Source: Thermoproteota archaeon
GTDB taxonomy: Archaea; Korarchaeota; Korarchaeia; Korarchaeales; Korarchaeaceae
Direction: 5' to 3'
Length of the DNA stretch: 64,000 nucleotides
NCBI GenBank assembly: GCA_027491915.1
Contig: JAOZGC010000001.1
Coordinates: 64,001-128,000, forward strand
Program-made: the position numbers and the translations under genes
Part shown: piece after piece, positions 28,252-36,641 of the stretch
Position numbering within the stretch: the stretch's first letter is position 1
How the letters are laid out: each line of letters opens with the position of its first letter
Notes under the pieces: generated by a model
The model's database searches: none
What the model saw: the letters and a program-made list of their open reading frames with translations, nothing else
What the model was told of the DNA's origin: nothing

Positions 28252-28705
28252 GGCGGCCCTCTTCGCGGCCGGGAGGCCCATGTCCGTCGAGGAGATATCT
28301 GAGGCGACCGGCCTGGAGGTCGAGGAGGTCGAGTCGGTCATTCCGAGGATCTCCGAGTCCCTGAAGGGGAGGCCCTACTTCCTCCAGGAGAGGCCCGACG
28401 GCCTGTTCATGACCCTGAGGCCGGAGTACAGGGAGGTGGCGGAACGCGTCTCGGCCAGGCCGGAGCTCTCCAGGGCCGAGCTCAGAACCCTCGCCGTGAT
28501 ATCGGCCCTCGGCCCGCTCAGCCTATCTAGGTTGGCCGAGCTGAGGGGTTCCTCGGCCTACGCGCACGTCAAGAAGTTGAGGAAGAAGGGGTTGATCTAC
28601 GTCAAGAGGGCCGGGCGGGGAAGGGTGGTCGGCGTCACGAGGGACTTTCGGAGGTTCTTCGAGCCCCCGGGACCCGAGCTTATTAAGGGAGCCGGGGGGG
28701 AGTGA
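28217..28705 (+). CDS. scpB: Kite subunit ScpB
   Basis: VEAALFAAGRPMS, LSRAELRTLAVI, LRGSSAYAHVKKL...GLI, VTRDFRRFF; alternative GTG start at 28229. Confidence 0.92.
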   Translation: MAGEVDAALLVEAALFAAGRPMSVEEISEATGLEVEEVESVIPRISESLKGRPYFLQERPDGLFMTLRPEYREVAERVSARPELSRAELRTLAVISALGPLSLSRLAELRGSSAYAHVKKLRKKGLIYVKRAGRGRVVGVTRDFRRFFEPPGPELIKGAGGE

Positions 28706-28708
28706 AGG

Positions 28709-30613
28709 GTGCCCCCGATGGCGGTGGGGGAGAGGGTCTCGAGGGAGCTGCGGGAGAGGGCCCTCGCCGAGGACGTCGACCAGGTCCTGAAGGCCCTAGA
28801 GAGGGAGGGGCTGCTGGACGCGTTCGAGGGCTATCTCCTGGCCCGGGACATATCCCTCTCCCTGTGCGGGGGCCTCGTGAGCATAGGGTCTCCGACCGCC
28901 AAGGAGATCAGGGCCAAGTTGGAGTCCCTGGGGGGGGAGGCGGCCTCACTCCTCTCCACCCTGGCCAGATCCAGCGGGAAGGGCGGATTCCCCTTCTCCG
29001 GCGGGATCCCGTCGGAGCTGGTCTCCGAGGCGGATCGGGCCCTTGACTCCCTGATCTCAGAGCTGGAGGGGGCGACCTACCTGCTCATCTCCGAGGCGCT
29101 CCGACTGGTGGGACCGACCAGGGAGTCGGTGCTGCGCACGGCCAGGTCACTCCTTGATTCCCTCGTGGGGGGTACCAAGCTTGGAGAACGGTGGGAGAGG
29201 ATACCCGATCTGATATCGGCTCTGGAACAGCTTTCCCCCCCCTCGGAGGGCTCGCCGCCCGGAGACGTCAGAGACTACGTCTCGCTGGTGGCAGAGGTCA
29301 AGGCCGCGGTATCGGAGGTGGAGGAGAGGCTCTCAAGATCGAAGGAGGCGACGGAGAGGCTAGGCCTCGCGCTGACCGAGCTCGAGTCTACCATAGAGGA
29401 GATCAGAAGGGAGATCTCCGCCGCCGAGGAGGAGGGGATCAGGGCCGAGTTCATGGCCGAGACGATCGAGTGGGCTCTGGTCAGGGCCAAGAGACTCAGG
29501 AGGAGGTGCCAACCCGGGGACGTGGAGTGCGCCGAGAAGGCGGCCGAGGACGCCGTCAGGCTGGGGAACAGGATAAGGGAGATGGCGGAGTCGGGGATAA
29601 GGCAGCTCAGGGAACTTACTGATCTAATGAGGGAGGTGACAGGACTCATTCCGGAGGCGGAGGCCGCGGCCGAGGCCCTGGGGAGGGAGCTCTCCTCCGA
29701 CTCGCTCAGGCTGATAGTCAGGGACGCCGCGGCCGAGCTCTCCGGATACATGGGTGGAATGGTCATTAAGGATCAGGATGAGATGGAGAACTTCCGAACC
29801 AGGCTCCTCGAGATGAGGGACGTCCTGAGATCACTGATCTCCCTAAGGAGAGCCTCGGAGGAGGCCGGCGGCCTGGAAGAGATGGCCTCCAGAATAGCAG
29901 ATGGGCTGTCCTCCTTGGCCATAATAAGGGCGGTGCTCGCCAAGTCGGAAGAAGATCCGAGCATACTGACGAGAGAAGCCCTCCCAGCACTCAAAGAATT
30001 TGGGGAGAAGATATCGGAGTATAGAGAGGCCCAGAGGGACGCTGAGAGGTTGTATCCCTACTGGAAGAGGTACCTGCTGGATCTGGCAAGGGAGCGCGGC
30101 GGGCGGGTGAGCGCGGGAGAGCTGACCAGGATCCCCCAGAGGTGGAGGCCGTGGTTCCTCAGGAGGGTGGAGGAAGAGGGTATTGCCTCGGTCTCTGAGG
30201 GTATTGTGGCCGTGACGATGCCGCAAGAGGGTCCGCCCAGAGCCAGCGTGGGGGCTGGCCCGACGTTCGAGAGGGAGGCCCCGGCCGCCGCGAAGCCCGC
30301 TGGACGGGCTCCAGAGATCATCGGATCGGCCGGGGCGGAGGCCCCTCCCCCGGAGGCCCCTCCCCCGGAGGCCCCTTCCCCCCGCACTACTTCCCTCTCC
30401 CCCTCCCCAACTCCGCCCAGGCCGAGGTCCGCCCCCGCAGGGATTCGAGGCAGGATGGGTGGTAGGGCGGGGATGAGATCGTCGATCTCACCGGCCCACG
30501 CGCTCATTCGACTGGCCCTTGAGCTGCTCTCTTCCGAGACCGGGGCCAACGTCCCGCCCGCCCAACCAGACGCGGAGGACTTGAAGCGTAGGATAGCGGC
30601 CCACCTCATCTGA
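28709..30613 (+). CDS. Uncharacterised alpha-helical/coiled-coil protein with internal small domain and Pro-rich tail
   Basis: 634 aa, E/R/L/A-rich helices; aromatic motif YPYWKRYL...IPQRWRPWFL; EAPPP repeats. Confidence 0.8.
   Translation: MPPMAVGERVSRELRERALAEDVDQVLKALEREGLLDAFEGYLLARDISLSLCGGLVSIGSPTAKEIRAKLESLGGEAASLLSTLARSSGKGGFPFSGGIPSELVSEADRALDSLISELEGATYLLISEALRLVGPTRESVLRTARSLLDSLVGGTKLGERWERIPDLISALEQLSPPSEGSPPGDVRDYVSLVAEVKAAVSEVEERLSRSKEATERLGLALTELESTIEEIRREISAAEEEGIRAEFMAETIEWALVRAKRLRRRCQPGDVECAEKAAEDAVRLGNRIREMAESGIRQLRELTDLMREVTGLIPEAEAAAEALGRELSSDSLRLIVRDAAAELSGYMGGMVIKDQDEMENFRTRLLEMRDVLRSLISLRRASEEAGGLEEMASRIADGLSSLAIIRAVLAKSEEDPSILTREALPALKEFGEKISEYREAQRDAERLYPYWKRYLLDLARERGGRVSAGELTRIPQRWRPWFLRRVEEEGIASVSEGIVAVTMPQEGPPRASVGAGPTFEREAPAAAKPAGRAPEIIGSAGAEAPPPEAPPPEAPSPRTTSLSPSPTPPRPRSAPAGIRGRMGGRAGMRSSISPAHALIRLALELLSSETGANVPPAQPDAEDLKRRIAAHLI
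30336..30375 (+). repeat. 15-bp tandem repeat (cggaggcccctcccc) x about 2.7 encoding EAPPP
   Basis: cggaggcccctcccc cggaggcccctcccc ggaggcccct. Confidence 0.85.
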
Positions 30614-30712
30614 AATTGTCCCCCACGGCGGCGGGGAGGACCGCGACTTCAGGAATGGACAAACGGTCCATATGGTTTATTAACCGGGCGGGGGGCGCTC
30701 TCTCGATAGGAC

Positions 30713-32107
30713 GTGATAGTGGTAAATGCCGTGCTGTCCGAGAGCGAGCTGTCCCAAGAACTCAGATATCTCCTCCTGAAGCTCAGAGAGAGACATCCCG
30801 ACTCCGTCTCCGTCTACTTCTACGACGTATCCAGCATAAAGAAAAAGAAGGAGGTGAAGAACCTCCCGGAGATCAAGATAGACGGGCTCTCGCTCTCGGG
30901 AGAGGAGGCCCTGGCAGCGGCCGAGACGCTGCTGGACCTGCTCGAGTCGGGCGTCTCCCCCACGCCTCCTCTCATACTCCGGAAGATCAGGGAGCGGAGG
31001 CTGGCAATAATAAGCGAGGCGAAGGAGGCCCTGAGGAGGCTGGAAGAGGTAACCTCCGTCATACCCCCCGAGAGGAGGACCGTGATGGAGAGGTACAGGG
31101 AGGAGCTCCAGGCCATATCCACGGGAATGTTCGGATACAGCAAGAGGTCTATAGAGAGGGCCAGAGAGGAGCTGGATCGGATAAACTACCTCATAAGGAA
31201 GCTGGCCTCGGAGGGGGTAGAGGACAGGCTATCCAGCAGGATAGCCCTGATACACAGGGGGGTGTTCGAGGCCCTGAGCGAGGCAGAGGAGATCTCCCGC
31301 CTGCTGGGCGCGGAGGTGAGGTCGGAGATCCTGGAGTCGCTGCGAGGGGCCCTGGCCGAACTCAGGGAGGGCCCGAAGAACGTGGGCGATATAGCCGAGG
31401 CCGCCCTGGGCAAGCTCGGGGAGGTGGTCGAATTGGAGCGGCGGCGGATACAGTGGCTGGAGAGGGTGCAGGGCCGACTGACGAAGGTCAGGAGCAGGGT
31501 GGGCGGTTGGTTGGCCTCGGCCAGCTCCCTGGACGCCGGGATCGGAATCAACTGGTTCACCAAGATGAGCGTCGCCGTCCTGACCAGGCTGTTCGTTAGG
31601 CTGGCCTTCCCGTCGGGAGACTGGCTAGCCTCCCTCAGGGAGATAGACGACATGATAAATCAGCTCGACCTGATCCCCCTGATCTCCGAGACCGTCGACT
31701 CCGCAGCCCAGTCCGGGATAGACGCCGGAATGAGGGCGGTGGAGACCCTCAGGCTCGCCGTCAGGAGGATGGACCCCGAGAAGGCGACCCTCGATGACAT
31801 GAATTCTATGATAGAGGAGATCAGGGCGGCCGCCGCCGGGGCCGCCGGGGGCCGCGGGGCGCCCGTCTCCCTGGAGATCAAGATCGACGAGATCTCGGAG
31901 AAGGTGTCCCGGCTGATAGACACGGCCTCCCGGCTGGTCAAACTGGGGGTCGAGGCCGACCGGGAGCTGGCGGAACTGCTCGAGGTGGAGGGCTCCCTGA
32001 AGGTCCTCAGGAGGAGGCTCTCCGCGGGGGAGGACGTGTCTGAGGAGCTGGACGAAGTGGAGCGCCGGGTGGAGTCGATAGGTCGATCCGTGAAGGCAAA
32101 GGTGTGA
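30713..32107 (+). CDS. Uncharacterised protein: Cys-less thioredoxin-like N-domain plus helical/coiled-coil body
   Basis: 464 aa; VNAVLSESELSQEL...VYFYDV...VKNLPEIKIDG pattern; heptad-rich remainder; TTTATTAA about 30 nt upstream. Confidence 0.75.
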   Translation: MIVVNAVLSESELSQELRYLLLKLRERHPDSVSVYFYDVSSIKKKKEVKNLPEIKIDGLSLSGEEALAAAETLLDLLESGVSPTPPLILRKIRERRLAIISEAKEALRRLEEVTSVIPPERRTVMERYREELQAISTGMFGYSKRSIERAREELDRINYLIRKLASEGVEDRLSSRIALIHRGVFEALSEAEEISRLLGAEVRSEILESLRGALAELREGPKNVGDIAEAALGKLGEVVELERRRIQWLERVQGRLTKVRSRVGGWLASASSLDAGIGINWFTKMSVAVLTRLFVRLAFPSGDWLASLREIDDMINQLDLIPLISETVDSAAQSGIDAGMRAVETLRLAVRRMDPEKATLDDMNSMIEEIRAAAAGAAGGRGAPVSLEIKIDEISEKVSRLIDTASRLVKLGVEADRELAELLEVEGSLKVLRRRLSAGEDVSEELDEVERRVESIGRSVKAKV

Positions 32108-32164
32108 GCCAACATTCTTAAGGGTGCGGGGGCCGGCGGCGACCGTCGACGGGGGCCTCGGGAG

Positions 32165-33358
32165 ATGAGATGGTTCGGGGTCGGTCTGGGGGGCGCGGGC
32201 GGCGCCATAATGGACGCCACATATGAAGTCTTCTCCTCGAGGTCCCCGGAGGGCCTCATAGGGGCCGTCGTCTTCAACACGGCCGAGTCGGACAGGGCCA
32301 AGCTCAGGCACCTCAAGGAGTCCTTCTACCTGTTCGGAGAGTTCGGGGGGGCCGGAGTCGGCGCCCGGTGGAAGGACTCCATGAGGGCCATGGGATCCCC
32401 GGAAGCCAAAGAGATGGTCAGGTCGGTGCTCGAGCGGAGGGGGATCTCAGGGGCCACGGGGGTGCTCCTGTCGACCGCCCTCGGGGGAGGGACGGGAAGC
32501 GGATCGACCCCCCTGGTGGCCAGGTACGTCAGGGAGATCCTGGGCGGAGAATCCTCCGTCCAGCCTATAGTCTCGGTGGGGGTCCTCCCCTTCAGGTACC
32601 CCCGGGAGTCCATGAGGTTCGCCTACAACAGCGCCGTGTCTCTCTCCAACCTCCTCTCCCCGACCGACTCGGTCTTCCTGTTGGACAACGACGTGGTCTG
32701 GAATAGGGTGGTTTCAGATGAACCGAACCTCAGCGACGAGGAGGCGCTTCAGAGGATAAACAGGCTGGCCGGACTGTTCCTGAGGGCCATATCCGTCGCC
32801 TCCTCCAACCCAATGATGGGCGGCTTCAAGACCACCCTCGACTCCCAGGACCTCAGGTCGATGGTGAGGTTCTTCGAGGCCTCCATATGCGTCCCGTGCT
32901 ACGCCTCCGTCAGGGTGGAGGCGGTTGAGGGGTCCCTGGAGTTCCTGATGGAGCTGGCCCTGGGGGAGGGCTGCTTCGCCGAGGTGGAGCCCAAGACCGC
33001 CCTGAAGGCGGCCTTCGTCATAAGGGGGCCGGAGAGGTACCTGAACGTCAACTCCCTCTTCGAGGCCAAGAGGGTCCTGGCCGAGAGGATAGCGGGCATA
33101 GACGTCAGGGAGGGGCTGGCCGCGGCGCCGGAGGATGAGAAGAGATTCGAGATCTCCGTGCTGCTCGTGGAGCCCAGGGTCCCGAGGATAGATGAGATAC
33201 TCGAGCAGGCGGAGCTCTACTACAACGTCCACGAGGACGAGTTGACCAAGATGGAGGACACCCCAAGGGACGAGTTCGAGGGATACCTGGAGAGGCTGAG
33301 GTCCCACCTGGAGAAGGCCGAGGAGTCCAGGAGGGGATTGGAGGCTGGGTCGGGCTGA
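32165..33358 (+). CDS. FtsZ/tubulin-superfamily GTPase, CetZ-like
   Basis: GLGGAGG (T1), NTAESD, GAGVG (T3), LGGGTGSG signature (T4), VLPF, LLDND, T7-like LDSQDL, C-terminal VPRIDEI helix. Confidence 0.9.
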   Translation: MRWFGVGLGGAGGAIMDATYEVFSSRSPEGLIGAVVFNTAESDRAKLRHLKESFYLFGEFGGAGVGARWKDSMRAMGSPEAKEMVRSVLERRGISGATGVLLSTALGGGTGSGSTPLVARYVREILGGESSVQPIVSVGVLPFRYPRESMRFAYNSAVSLSNLLSPTDSVFLLDNDVVWNRVVSDEPNLSDEEALQRINRLAGLFLRAISVASSNPMMGGFKTTLDSQDLRSMVRFFEASICVPCYASVRVEAVEGSLEFLMELALGEGCFAEVEPKTALKAAFVIRGPERYLNVNSLFEAKRVLAERIAGIDVREGLAAAPEDEKRFEISVLLVEPRVPRIDEILEQAELYYNVHEDELTKMEDTPRDEFEGYLERLRSHLEKAEESRRGLEAGSG

Positions 33359-33417
33359 GCCCGGAAGTCCCATCGTATATTTTTTTAACTATCGCCGCCG
33401 CCCGCCGCGGTGGTCCC

Positions 33418-34884
33418 GTGTCCGACCTGGAGAGGTTCTTCTCCCCGAGATCGATAGCCGTGATAGGGGCTTCCAGGGATCCCGGGTCGGTTGGTCACGA
33501 GCTCCTGAGGATACTGGCGGAGAACAGGCTGAGGGGGGGATTTGATTGGAGGCTCTACGCAGTGAACCCCAGGGCCGACTCCGACATACTGGGGGTGCCC
33601 ACCTACAGATCCGTCAACGAAGTCCCCGGGGACGTCGACCTTGGCGTGATAGTGACCCCGGCCAGGTACGTGCCGTCTATAGTTGAAGAGTGCGGGCTCA
33701 GGGGAATAAAGAACCTCATAGTGATAAGCGGGGGCTTCGCCGAGGTGGGAGAGGAGGGTAAGAGGCTTCAGGACGCCCTGATCCGGGCGGCCAGGCGGAG
33801 GGGAATGAGGATCCTAGGTCCGAACTGCGTCGGGGTGGTGGTCCCCAGGACCGGGGTGGACACGGCCTTCCTCCCGGTCGAGAAGCCCTTCGGAGACGGG
33901 AGCCTGGAATCCCTCCCCCGACCGCCCCCCGGGAACATATCCCTCATATCCCAGTCGGGCGCCTTCGGCGTGGCATGCCTGGACTACATGGCGGGTGAGG
34001 GTCTGGGGCTGGCCAAGTTCGTCAGCTACGGAAACAAGGCGGACGTGGACGAGGTGGACCTGATAGGGTACCTGGCCGACGATCCCGAGACCCGGGTGAT
34101 AATAGTCTACGCCGAATCCATAGAGAGGGGGAGGGAGTTCTTGGAGGCCGTCCGGAGGGCGGTGGCCAAGAAACCGGTGGTCGTGCTCAAGGCGGGGAGG
34201 ACGTCGGCCGGGGCGAGGGCCGCAAGCTCCCACACGGCCGCCCTCGCCGGATCCGACGAGGTGTACGAGGCGGCCCTGAGGCAGGCCGGCGCCATCAGGG
34301 TATACGAGGTCGAGGAACTGTTCGACGCGACCAAGGCCCTCTCCATGCAGCCGCCGGCCCGGGGGAGGAGGGTGGCAGTCCTCACAGACGGCGGGGGGGC
34401 CGGCGTGATGGCCACGGACGAGTTGGAGTCCAGAGGGGCATCCGTTCCGAGACTATCCGGGCGGACCCTGGCCGAGCTCGAGAGGATGAGGGAGGAGGGG
34501 GAGATCCCGCCCATATCCGGCATATCCAACCCGGTCGACCTGACCGGCAGCGCCACGGACGAGCACTTCGTCAGATCACTCGAGGTCCTACTGGGGGATC
34601 CCGGGATAGACGGCGTGGTGGTGCTCGCCCTCCACCACGTCCCTGGGGTCACGGACGAACTTCCCTCCAAGCTCGCCCGGGTCGCGGCCGACGGGGGGAA
34701 GCCCGTGGTCGCCTGCGACATAGGACAGGGGAGTTATTCGGTCGCCTTCAGGGACCTGTTCGACCGCGCCGGGATACCCGCCTACCCGACCCCTGAGAGG
34801 GCCGCCAGGGCCATGGTGCACCTGATACGCTACGGGGAGGCCCTGGCCAGGGTCTCCCCCCTCAGGTCCTCACCGACGCCCTAG
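33418..34884 (+). CDS. acdA: ADP-forming acetate/acyl-CoA ligase alpha subunit
   Basis: IAVIGAS, GPNCVG, SQSGA, GNKADV, SHTAAL (phospho-His), NPVDLTG. Confidence 0.92.
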   Translation: MSDLERFFSPRSIAVIGASRDPGSVGHELLRILAENRLRGGFDWRLYAVNPRADSDILGVPTYRSVNEVPGDVDLGVIVTPARYVPSIVEECGLRGIKNLIVISGGFAEVGEEGKRLQDALIRAARRRGMRILGPNCVGVVVPRTGVDTAFLPVEKPFGDGSLESLPRPPPGNISLISQSGAFGVACLDYMAGEGLGLAKFVSYGNKADVDEVDLIGYLADDPETRVIIVYAESIERGREFLEAVRRAVAKKPVVVLKAGRTSAGARAASSHTAALAGSDEVYEAALRQAGAIRVYEVEELFDATKALSMQPPARGRRVAVLTDGGGAGVMATDELESRGASVPRLSGRTLAELERMREEGEIPPISGISNPVDLTGSATDEHFVRSLEVLLGDPGIDGVVVLALHHVPGVTDELPSKLARVAADGGKPVVACDIGQGSYSVAFRDLFDRAGIPAYPTPERAARAMVHLIRYGEALARVSPLRSSPTP

Positions 34885-35521
34885 GCCTCCTCGTCACCGC
34901 CAGGAAGTCGATCTCCATTGGAGCCCCTCTGGGAAGGTTGGTCACCTCGACCAACGTGCGGGCTGGCCTGTATGTGGGGTAGTAGGCCTCGAATATGGAG
35001 TTTATCGGGATTATGTACTTCAGGTCCCTGACGTAGACCGTGACCCTCACCACGTCCTCCAGCGAGGACCCGGACACCCTGAGTATCTCCTTGGCCGACT
35101 CGAACACCAGCCTGGTGGCCTCCCTGATGTCCTCGGATATTATCTCCCCGGTCTCTGGATCTATCGGAATGAGCCCGGACACGAAGACGAAGGGACCGGC
35201 CACGACCGCGTGGCTGTACGGGCCGAGCGTCCCCGGGAGCTTGGCAGCCACCACCGGCTCCCTCTCCATCTTTACGAGGGGCCTCTCCGGCCTGACCAGG
35301 GCGAGCCCCAGGGTTCCCCCAACCCCCATTATCAGGAGGGCGCCGACCGTCCACACTATGAGGACCCAGGCCAGATAGTAGGTGTCTATGCGGCCTCGGA
35401 TTAGCTCGCTGGTGAAGAGCACGTAGATTATCATGGCCGCCGACCAGATGGCTATCAGGGAGTAGGTGAGCCTCTCGAGCCACTCAACCTGATAGGGCTT
35501 TGCCTCCTGCTGGACGGACAG
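34862..35521 (-). CDS. RidA/YjgF/UK114 enamine deaminase with N-terminal two-TM extension
   Basis: GPYSHAV, FVSGLIP, PARTLVEV, LPRGAPMEID; hydrophobic N-extension; frame open to CTG 35521 (ATG alternative 35434). Confidence 0.85.
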   Translation of the reverse strand: MSVQQEAKPYQVEWLERLTYSLIAIWSAAMIIYVLFTSELIRGRIDTYYLAWVLIVWTVGALLIMGVGGTLGLALVRPERPLVKMEREPVVAAKLPGTLGPYSHAVVAGPFVFVSGLIPIDPETGEIISEDIREATRLVFESAKEILRVSGSSLEDVVRVTVYVRDLKYIIPINSIFEAYYPTYRPARTLVEVTNLPRGAPMEIDFLAVTRRPRASVRT

Positions 35522-35584
35522 AGCTGTTCACCCCTCCCCGACCGGGGGACAATCAATAAAATAGGTTTCCAGCCCAGCCGACGA

Positions 35585-35914
35585 TCACTCGATCTCTATC
35601 CTGTCCTCCTCTATCCCCCAATCCTCGACCAGCATCTTCTTGACCTTGGACCTCTGATCACCCTGGAGGAGTATGTAGCCGTCCTTGTAGGTTCCCCCGC
35701 AGGCCAGCTTGGTCTTCATGTCCTTCACCATCCTCTTCATCATATCTTTTGGAAATGATAATCCTTCTATTATCGTAACATACTTGTGCCTTCTTCTCTC
35801 AACCTTTATACGGACAATCTGTTGCTCCTTCTCTATTTCCTCCCATGCCAGCAGTTCTATTGGAAGCCCCGTGATCGGATCCCTCAGCCTCTCCTCCTGG
35901 GGTATCTTGTCCAT
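35585..35914 (-). CDS. Translation initiation factor SUI1 (aIF1)
   Basis: DPITGLP, KYVTIIEG, KLACGGTYK, LQGDQR. Confidence 0.95.
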   Translation of the reverse strand: MDKIPQEERLRDPITGLPIELLAWEEIEKEQQIVRIKVERRRHKYVTIIEGLSFPKDMMKRMVKDMKTKLACGGTYKDGYILLQGDQRSKVKKMLVEDWGIEEDRIEIE

Positions 35915-36020
35915 GCCCAGACGTCGGGGGACGCCTAAGATTTAAGGCTATCCGTTGGACCGAGGCCGGGCCCACGCCTCTACATTATTATACAAACCCT
36001 CCCCGGCCCGATGATGCCCG

Positions 36021-36641
36021 TTGGCCGCGGTCAGACCACAGTTAGTGCTGCTGATACAGCCCCTCGTTGACCCCCTGACGGGCAGGGAGGTCCCCCCCTG
36101 GCTCCTGTCTGAGGTTGAGAGGTCGGCGGTCGACCACCTCCCCCCCGCCAGGGTGATCAGGCTCCCGGTGCTGCCCATGCCGAGGTCGGCGTTCGTCGCC
36201 GACAGGGGGCAGTACCTGTCCAGCCTCCTGCTCAATTACGTCGGGAGGAGGCTGTGGGAGCTGAACGGCGAAGAGGACCTCGTTATGGGGAGGCTGGCGG
36301 GCCACCCCAGATCCAGGCTTATCGCGCTGGCCCCCGCCGACGCCTTCGAGAGGGGGCTCAACTTCGTGTTCGGCCAGGCCGAGCTGGGGGGTCCCGCCGG
36401 GGTGGTCTACCTGGACAGGCTGAGGGGCGACCCGGAGACCTGGACCTCCAGGGTGGTCAAGGAGGTCCTCCACGAGCTGGGGCACACCCTGGGGCTGGGT
36501 CACTGCGAGAACCCCAGGTGCGTCATGAGCTTCAGCAATTCCGTGCGCGAGGTGGACCTGAAGGGGCCCGGATACTGTGATGGGTGCTTCCGGGCGATCA
36601 CCTCCGCCCTGGCTCCCCTACCCCCCCTAATCTTGGAGTAG
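36021..36641 (+). CDS. Archaemetzincin (M54) zinc protease
   Basis: RGQY, LNFVFGQA, KEVLHELGHTLGLGHC, CVMSFSNS, CDGC. Confidence 0.93.
   Translation: MAAVRPQLVLLIQPLVDPLTGREVPPWLLSEVERSAVDHLPPARVIRLPVLPMPRSAFVADRGQYLSSLLLNYVGRRLWELNGEEDLVMGRLAGHPRSRLIALAPADAFERGLNFVFGQAELGGPAGVVYLDRLRGDPETWTSRVVKEVLHELGHTLGLGHCENPRCVMSFSNSVREVDLKGPGYCDGCFRAITSALAPLPPLILE

Noticed and set aside
25311-28705. Wadjet (JetABCD/MksBEFG) defence system or Rad50/SbcC
   Set aside because: No TOPRIM JetD or Mre11 nuclease nearby; there is a globular Smc hinge rather than a CxxC hook; the partners are recognisable ScpA/ScpB
29700-30250. Locally more A/T-rich stretch within the 634-aa gene
   Set aside because: Mild, in frame, without boundaries or repeats; cannot support horizontal insertion by eye
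36009-36056. Possible C/D box sRNA (ATGATG...CAGA...CTGA)
   Set aside because: Box C is imperfect, there is no room for C' plus a second guide, and it overlaps the archaemetzincin start
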